Source: a virus
Lineage: Duplodnaviria; Caudoviricetes
DNA length: 64,000 nt
Reading direction: 5' to 3' (one strand)
Virus record (IMG/VR): IMGVR_UViG_2974666281_000001
Span: 1 to 64,000 of that record
Part shown: piece after piece, positions 59,478 through 64,000 of the stretch
Position numbering within the stretch: position 1 is the stretch's first letter
How the letters are laid out: each line of letters begins with the position of its first letter
Made by a program: the position numbers and the translations under genes
Notes under the pieces: model-generated
The model's input: only the letters and a program-made list of their open reading frames with translations
Databases searched by the model: none
Told to the model about the DNA's origin: nothing

Positions 59478-59948
59478 TCATAATGCTTCCCAATCAACAA
59501 TAATTATATCAATATTAGGTGTGAACATATTAATCAGAGCTTCGACTTTAGTCCAATCACCACCAGCAATACCACATCCAATACGAGGCATATAAATTTG
59601 AGGAATACAAATCTGATTCTCAGCCCATTTATTCAATTCTATCAAAGAATCGACTAAAGCACCATAACGAAGATCAGGGCCAGGATAAAATTGTGTATAT
59701 AGATTAAAGCAAATATTTTCTTGTTTATTGAATTTAGTGCTCAATGTAGCTCGAGTGAATGTGCCTAATTTATTAGGGTCACCAAGATAAGTGTCAGTTT
59801 TATCGATATCAGCAATAGGTGGGTAGGCCTTAGCCAATTGACCAGCTACTCCGCCACCCATTGTATGGTGACAATTACATCCATGAGCTACGTTTTTACC
59901 TGAAAGAAATAAGGCGACCAAGTCGCCTTTAATATATTTTGTAATCAT
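59478..59948 (-). CDS. macrodomain ADP-ribose-processing protein (tk.4-like)
   Basis: KGDL, HGCNC..TMGGGVA, PRIGCGIAGGDW. Confidence 0.9.
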   Translation of the reverse strand: MITKYIKGDLVALFLSGKNVAHGCNCHHTMGGGVAGQLAKAYPPIADIDKTDTYLGDPNKLGTFTRATLSTKFNKQENICFNLYTQFYPGPDLRYGALVDSLIELNKWAENQICIPQIYMPRIGCGIAGGDWTKVEALINMFTPNIDIIIVDWEAL

Positions 59949-60304
59949 CTTTTGCTCAATCCACGGTTATAAGCATCTACTAATCTATCGACCATAGAAG
60001 TACATAAGTCTTTATAATTAGCTTGTGCCGGTATACATTCTAAAGTCATCAATCGGTTTTCATAACGACGAATAAGAGTATCATTTTTAAAACGAGATTT
60101 AGAATCTTTTTCACCGTCTTTGTATGAAGCCATCATTTGTAAAGAAAACGTATTAATGCAGTCGATATTAGTAGGAGAACAATAGTCTTTAGCTGTTCTG
60201 GTAACATATTCTAATACCTCAGTCTGTTCTGTCGACTGTTCTGCTGCATGAACTCCCAAACCTAAAATTAACCCAAGAATTAGAACTGTCTGTTTTAGCA
60301 TCAT
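59945..60304 (-). CDS. vs: Vs valyl-tRNA synthetase modifier
   Basis: RTAKDYC....CI..FS...YKDGE; synteny. Confidence 0.75.
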   Translation of the reverse strand: MMLKQTVLILGLILGLGVHAAEQSTEQTEVLEYVTRTAKDYCSPTNIDCINTFSLQMMASYKDGEKDSKSRFKNDTLIRRYENRLMTLECIPAQANYKDLCTSMVDRLVDAYNRGLSKR

Positions 60305-60849
60305 TCCACCGTTTGATGTAACATCTTATTTGATTTAAGATAGTTAGCTTTGGATAGAACATCTGAAGCATACTTGTTACCAGCTTTTACAGCCCAGCCT
60401 GCATTGTAACTAGATAATGCTTTTCTCATATCGCCTTTATGAATATTAAGCCAATAACTCAATTCAATATAAGCCCATGTCGCAGAATTTTCTCTCTTTT
60501 TAAGCATACGAATTATTTCTTGATCAGACATTTTCCAACCAAGTTGTTTAACCCTATTGCGTAATGTAGGAAGATAATTCTGAAACATTCCATACGCATG
60601 ATGTTCCTTCGACTTACCCATAAGAGTTCCAGCCGAAGATTCTTGCCAAGCCAATCCAGCCATAATATATCCAAGGCCGTTATTATCGTATCGAGCGTTG
60701 TGCTCTTTGAACTTACCCGACTTCTGGAATTGTTCACCAAAAGCATACGCATATTGTAAATTATCGAGTTGTTCATTACTGAAGTTAGGCTCTGACCCAA
60801 TAGCCATAGAACTAAAGACTAATAGGGCTGCTGCTATCACTTTTTTCAT
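60301..60849 (-). CDS. vs.1: vs.1 SLT transglycosylase-like protein
   Basis: WQESSAG, YGMFQ, SYNAG. Confidence 0.88.
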   Translation of the reverse strand: MKKVIAAALLVFSSMAIGSEPNFSNEQLDNLQYAYAFGEQFQKSGKFKEHNARYDNNGLGYIMAGLAWQESSAGTLMGKSKEHHAYGMFQNYLPTLRNRVKQLGWKMSDQEIIRMLKKRENSATWAYIELSYWLNIHKGDMRKALSSYNAGWAVKAGNKYASDVLSKANYLKSNKMLHQTVE

Positions 60850-60860
60850 GATTACCTCTG

Positions 60861-61316
60861 TTATAAGTCTATAACTTTTGTGCTAATCTTTCCTTCAAGA
60901 CGTTTATTGTTAACGAATGCCATACGACACATTAACCCGTAGGCTGAGCCGTTACGGTTCTTGTCTACTGTCATACCAAGCCACAAGTTGCGGTCGGTAA
61001 TTTCGAGACGGAGTGGACGATATTCTACTCCTGGAAGAATTTCATCTTCTACATCTGGAAGCGGAGTCAATTTTAAGAACTCGACAACTTCTTCCACATG
61101 TTGATGTAGTTTATGGAACAGGCGGAACACGTAAGTTTCATCGATTTCACGTTGGATAGCACGGTCCAAAAGATGAGACGAATACTTAATGTGGAAAGCC
61201 TGTACATCTGCCGCTTTACAAGCTGCTTTGATTTCAGCATTGATTTTATTGAACTCTGTCTCAAAGATACGACGGAGTTTGTTTCTGCGAATGTAAACAT
61301 CTGCGTTAATAGTCAT
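60861..61316 (-). CDS. regB: RegB GGAG-specific endoribonuclease
   Basis: IRRNKLRR.FETEF, HLLDRAIQREIDE; early promoter at 61347-61376. Confidence 0.93.
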   Translation of the reverse strand: MTINADVYIRRNKLRRIFETEFNKINAEIKAACKAADVQAFHIKYSSHLLDRAIQREIDETYVFRLFHKLHQHVEEVVEFLKLTPLPDVEDEILPGVEYRPLRLEITDRNLWLGMTVDKNRNGSAYGLMCRMAFVNNKRLEGKISTKVIDL

Positions 61317-61375
61317 TATTTAATCCTCATTTGTTTGTGTAGGAGTACTATACCACAATCAAATGAGGATGTAAA

Positions 61376-61666
61376 CTAGTAAAATTCTTCTGGGCGGAAA
61401 ACAGCTCGACAAGCCCACATGCTTGCTTCTTTCAGACGTTCTTTTGCTGTAGCAACCTGACGATGTCTTTCAGAGTTGTCATCAAAAGCGGCATCGGCTT
61501 CTAGGCTTTCGTCCATTGCATGGATAATAGACCATTCGTTGACGAGATTAGTTTCAAGTTCAGTGAACAGTTTACCAAGCTCGGCTTCAAGAGATTTGAT
61601 GCGATTTACAGTTTCGATCTTGTCATCTGTATGTGGGCGATAGCCTTTGATATCTTCAATCGGCAT
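61376..61666 (-). CDS. vs.4: Vs.4/Acb2 cyclic-nucleotide sponge (anti-CBASS)
   Basis: IEDIKGYRPHT..KI..VN.IK...LKEASMWACRAVF.PEE. Confidence 0.9.
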   Translation of the reverse strand: MPIEDIKGYRPHTDDKIETVNRIKSLEAELGKLFTELETNLVNEWSIIHAMDESLEADAAFDDNSERHRQVATAKERLKEASMWACRAVFRPEEFY

Positions 61667-61898
61667 AAGGGATTTCCTCGTCAGTTTCACTATTGTATTC
61701 GACTAATCGAATAGGTTCTGTGATGCCGTAACCTTCAGTACCGAGATAGCTTTTAACAGGACCATAAGTCATTTTGACAGGGTCCCAAGACGATACGTCA
61801 GCCCAACATTCCATTAGGCCTTGTTCACCTGAATTGCTGAACCAATCGCAAAATGCTTGAATAGCTTTTTCACTACCTTTGATTATAACTTGAGCCAT
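61656..61898 (-). CDS. vs.5-like protein
   Basis: WFSNSGEQ, GYGI.EPIRLVEY. Confidence 0.75.
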   Translation of the reverse strand: MAQVIIKGSEKAIQAFCDWFSNSGEQGLMECWADVSSWDPVKMTYGPVKSYLGTEGYGITEPIRLVEYNSETDEEIPYAD

Positions 61899-62139
61899 AA
61901 TAGCCACCTTTATGTACATAACGAATAGAAATATCTAGCTTAATAGGGTCTTTAAACATCTGAACAGCACGTACTAGTTTACGATCGTAACAAATCAAGC
62001 TACGAGATACCAGGCCGTAAAAAGGCCCAGCAACAAAAGTAATTTGGATGTCAGGTTTTGAATTAAGCTCTTCTAGAGTTGCTTCAGTTTCAATAACAGA
62101 CTTTTGGAATGGGCCGTTCATAATCATATATCTCATCAT
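61873..62139 (-). CDS. vs.7-like protein
   Basis: F..GPF.GL...SL..YD. Confidence 0.65.
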   Translation of the reverse strand: MMRYMIMNGPFQKSVIETEATLEELNSKPDIQITFVAGPFYGLVSRSLICYDRKLVRAVQMFKDPIKLDISIRYVHKGGYYGSSYNQR

Positions 62140-62669
62140 TGTAATCCTATCACGAAGAAAAGTGGAAGCTCGTTAGTTGTACGCAACACAGCAGTGCTAA
62201 CTTCTTTTTGGTAAGTGGAGTAGAACTTGTGCATCTCTGGCAGACGAATAGGTTCATCTATAATAAAGAGAACACGAGACAATGAGATTCCACGGAAACT
62301 ATTGCAATTTCCACTTAAGAAGTTACGTATCGAGACTGTAATAATATCACGTTTTAATTCATGAGCAGAATAGCGATGACGTTTTTGATTCAGGTGTTCT
62401 TCAATGATTCGCTTCTTAGTGATTTCAGCAAAACTAGATGTATCTGAAATGACTACAACAGAGTTACCACGTTCCAGCCATTCTGAAGTGAATTGAGCTA
62501 CAGCCTCAGTTTTACCTGATTGACGTCCACCATCGATACGAAGAGTACAATATTCTTGCATCAGCGAGATAGGATAAAGCTTTTGGTCTTTAAGTTCTTC
62601 TAAACGATTGTCTGCACGGGTTGAGAACGCATGCATCAAGGTTAGATAGATGGGAGTTAGATATTTCAT
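62136..62669 (-). CDS. vs.8: vs.8-like P-loop NTPase
   Basis: YCTLRIDGGRQSGKT (Walker A), FIIDEP (Walker B), FFVIGLQ. Confidence 0.8.
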   Translation of the reverse strand: MKYLTPIYLTLMHAFSTRADNRLEELKDQKLYPISLMQEYCTLRIDGGRQSGKTEAVAQFTSEWLERGNSVVVISDTSSFAEITKKRIIEEHLNQKRHRYSAHELKRDIITVSIRNFLSGNCNSFRGISLSRVLFIIDEPIRLPEMHKFYSTYQKEVSTAVLRTTNELPLFFVIGLQ

Positions 62670-62679
62670 TTTGTTTACT

Positions 62680-62872
62680 CAGTCTAAGAATGGCAGCATC
62701 CTTGCTGTCTAGTGGCATCCTGCGATATGCCTCAGAGGGCTACAGCCACCACTGTTGGTGGGACCCTGATTGTAACTGGCTTTACCGCGCTTGGGCTTGA
62801 CCTTTTTACAGGTACCAGAAGCCACTTCACACAGAGGACACGACGTTCATGAGGAGAGGTTCAGGTTAGCTT
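62680..62872 (-). ncRNA. candidate structured non-coding RNA or 5' leader
   Basis: no long ORF; about 53% GC by hand count; at least six helices. Confidence 0.55.
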
Positions 62873-62884
62873 TTTGTTTGAAGA

Positions 62885-63301
62885 TTAGTTGTAAATAGCC
62901 TTACCGTAATGTTTGTACCATAAAGGCTTTTGAGCAATTTTTTCATCAAGACGTGCCTGAGATAACATGATGTCATCTAAAGACGGACAGTAATGATTAC
63001 GAAATTCCTTAGGAATGTCACTGATATCCTGAACAGTAACATCCTTGATATTGAACCCACGTTTCAGACATTCAGCAATCAACTGAGTTTGACGATCAAC
63101 TAAGTAGTCAAGTTTGTCATAGAAGAACGTGACATGGCCAGTGCCTAACAAGAACTTAGAAGCAATTTTAAAATCCTTGAGACGTTTGCCATTTTGAACA
63201 TGCTTACGAACAGCACCAAATACACGAGGGAGTTCACGATACTCAGCCATGAGATGTTGGTCAGCAAGTTCAGAAACGAGAGTTAAGTTAATACGTGTCA
63301 T
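62885..63301 (-). CDS. denV: endonuclease V (pyrimidine dimer glycosylase)
   Basis: [28 protein letters not shown]; early promoter at 63327-63356. Confidence 0.97.
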   Translation of the reverse strand: MTRINLTLVSELADQHLMAEYRELPRVFGAVRKHVQNGKRLKDFKIASKFLLGTGHVTFFYDKLDYLVDRQTQLIAECLKRGFNIKDVTVQDISDIPKEFRNHYCPSLDDIMLSQARLDEKIAQKPLWYKHYGKAIYN

Positions 63302-63355
63302 GATGTCCTCCAAAGTTTAGGAAGACATCATACCACAGTACTATCTTGTTGTAAA

Positions 63356-63643
63356 CTACTTTTTAGAGTAGTCAGCCATTAGTTTGACTACGTCACCTAA
63401 TTTCTTACCAAACAGATAATCTACTTCTTTACCTGCTTTGTTAACAATCTGCCATTGACCATCGCCTTTGTTGCCAAAAGTATAGTCACCAACTTTAAAC
63501 GAGTAGCCACCTACTTTTTTAACAGGAGTCACTTCAAAACCAAGTTTTTTAGCTTGGAAAGTTACACGACGCAGGGTGTCGTCCATTTCGCTTTCAGTCA
63601 AAGGCTGAGTATAAGTTTGAAGATAAGATTCAAGTAAAGTCAT
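63356..63643 (-). CDS. probable internal head protein
   Basis: lies between e and denV like the T4 ip genes; N-terminal L-x-E motifs (LLE, LTE) like prohead-protease sites. Confidence 0.5.
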   Translation of the reverse strand: MTLLESYLQTYTQPLTESEMDDTLRRVTFQAKKLGFEVTPVKKVGGYSFKVGDYTFGNKGDGQWQIVNKAGKEVDYLFGKKLGDVVKLMADYSKK

Positions 63644-64000
63644 TAGTATGCACCCCAAGTGCCAGTTTTAAAAGTAGAAATAACGCGCTTTGCACGGTTC
63701 GTAGTCTGATTATACCATCGGGATTTAGCTAAGTTAACTGCTGCTTCGTCCCAACGTTTTTCTTTAAGCATACGCATTGAATTAGTGAATCCTGCGACGC
63801 CTGCTACACCCATCTGGAACACCATATTAATCAGTGCTGCTCGACGGATTTCGTCAAGAGAATCGTACACAGGCTTCAGAACGCTGTTGCCTTGAATACC
63901 TTTAACAGCTTTCTCAACATCTTTAGCAAAGATACTTTCAGCTTCATCTTGAGTAATCTGTCCATTACAAGAACGACCAACAAGTTTGTCGAGTTCTGCT
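63643..64000 (-). CDS. e: T4-type endolysin (3' part; start lies outside the window)
   Basis: [17 protein letters not shown]...[24 protein letters not shown]...[20 protein letters not shown]. Confidence 0.97.
   Translation of the reverse strand, partial: AELDKLVGRSCNGQITQDEAESIFAKDVEKAVKGIQGNSVLKPVYDSLDEIRRAALINMVFQMGVAGVAGFTNSMRMLKEKRWDEAAVNLAKSRWYNQTTNRAKRVISTFKTGTWGAY

Noticed and set aside
6650-61376. CRISPR array or IS ends from the repeated GTGTAGGAG and inverted repeats
   Set aside because: The repeats are dispersed, coincide with promoters, and have no spacers or transposase
62670-62884. tRNA, terminator, or hammerhead/twister/pistol ribozyme assignment
   Set aside because: No cloverleaf with TTC loop, no U-tract, and no complete catalytic core (AAGCCC resembles twister/pistol only partly); left unassigned
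40-63637. Plus-strand ORFs in the six-frame track (for example 27152-27640, 28400-28879, 55439-55882)
   Set aside because: They are antisense shadows of well-supported minus-strand genes and carry no recognisable motifs

Overview
64 kb of a lytic T4-like phage genome (Tevenvirinae/Straboviridae type). All real genes are on the minus strand, in T4 order from rIIA to the 3' part of lysozyme e: rIIA, fused topoisomerase 39/60, goF, cef, motB, dexA, dda, srd, mod, soc, 56, 61, sp, 41, 40, uvsX, a DNA-modification cluster, 43, regA, 62, 44, 45, rpbA, 46, 47, 55, nrdH/G/D, 49, pin, nrdC, accessory genes, rI, tk, vs, regB, vs.4 (Acb2), vs.8, denV, e. Gene calls are by-eye recognition of T4 homologues and motifs; no searches were run. 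Main finding: the T4 beta-gt/42/imm interval is replaced by a cluster (19.3-26.8 kb) that appears to make arabinosylated 5-hydroxycytosine DNA. It has a dCMP-type thymidylate-synthase-fold enzyme lacking folate-binding residues, a U32 Fe-S hydroxylase, an unannotated AroQ chorismate mutase (source of prephenate, which U32 hydroxylases need), a dNMP kinase, an NDP-arabinose pathway and a candidate transferase. Also notable: a GC-rich structured ~200 nt non-coding element in front of the vs.8 P-loop protein, an antisense middle promoter facing the srd early promoter, a leader peptide plus SD-sequestering hairpin downstream of tk, a host-like YbiI/TraR gene beside a 2OG-Fe(II) oxygenase, two GIY-YIG homing endonucleases and many stem-loop promoter cassettes. 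No tRNA, rRNA, CRISPR array or intron was seen.
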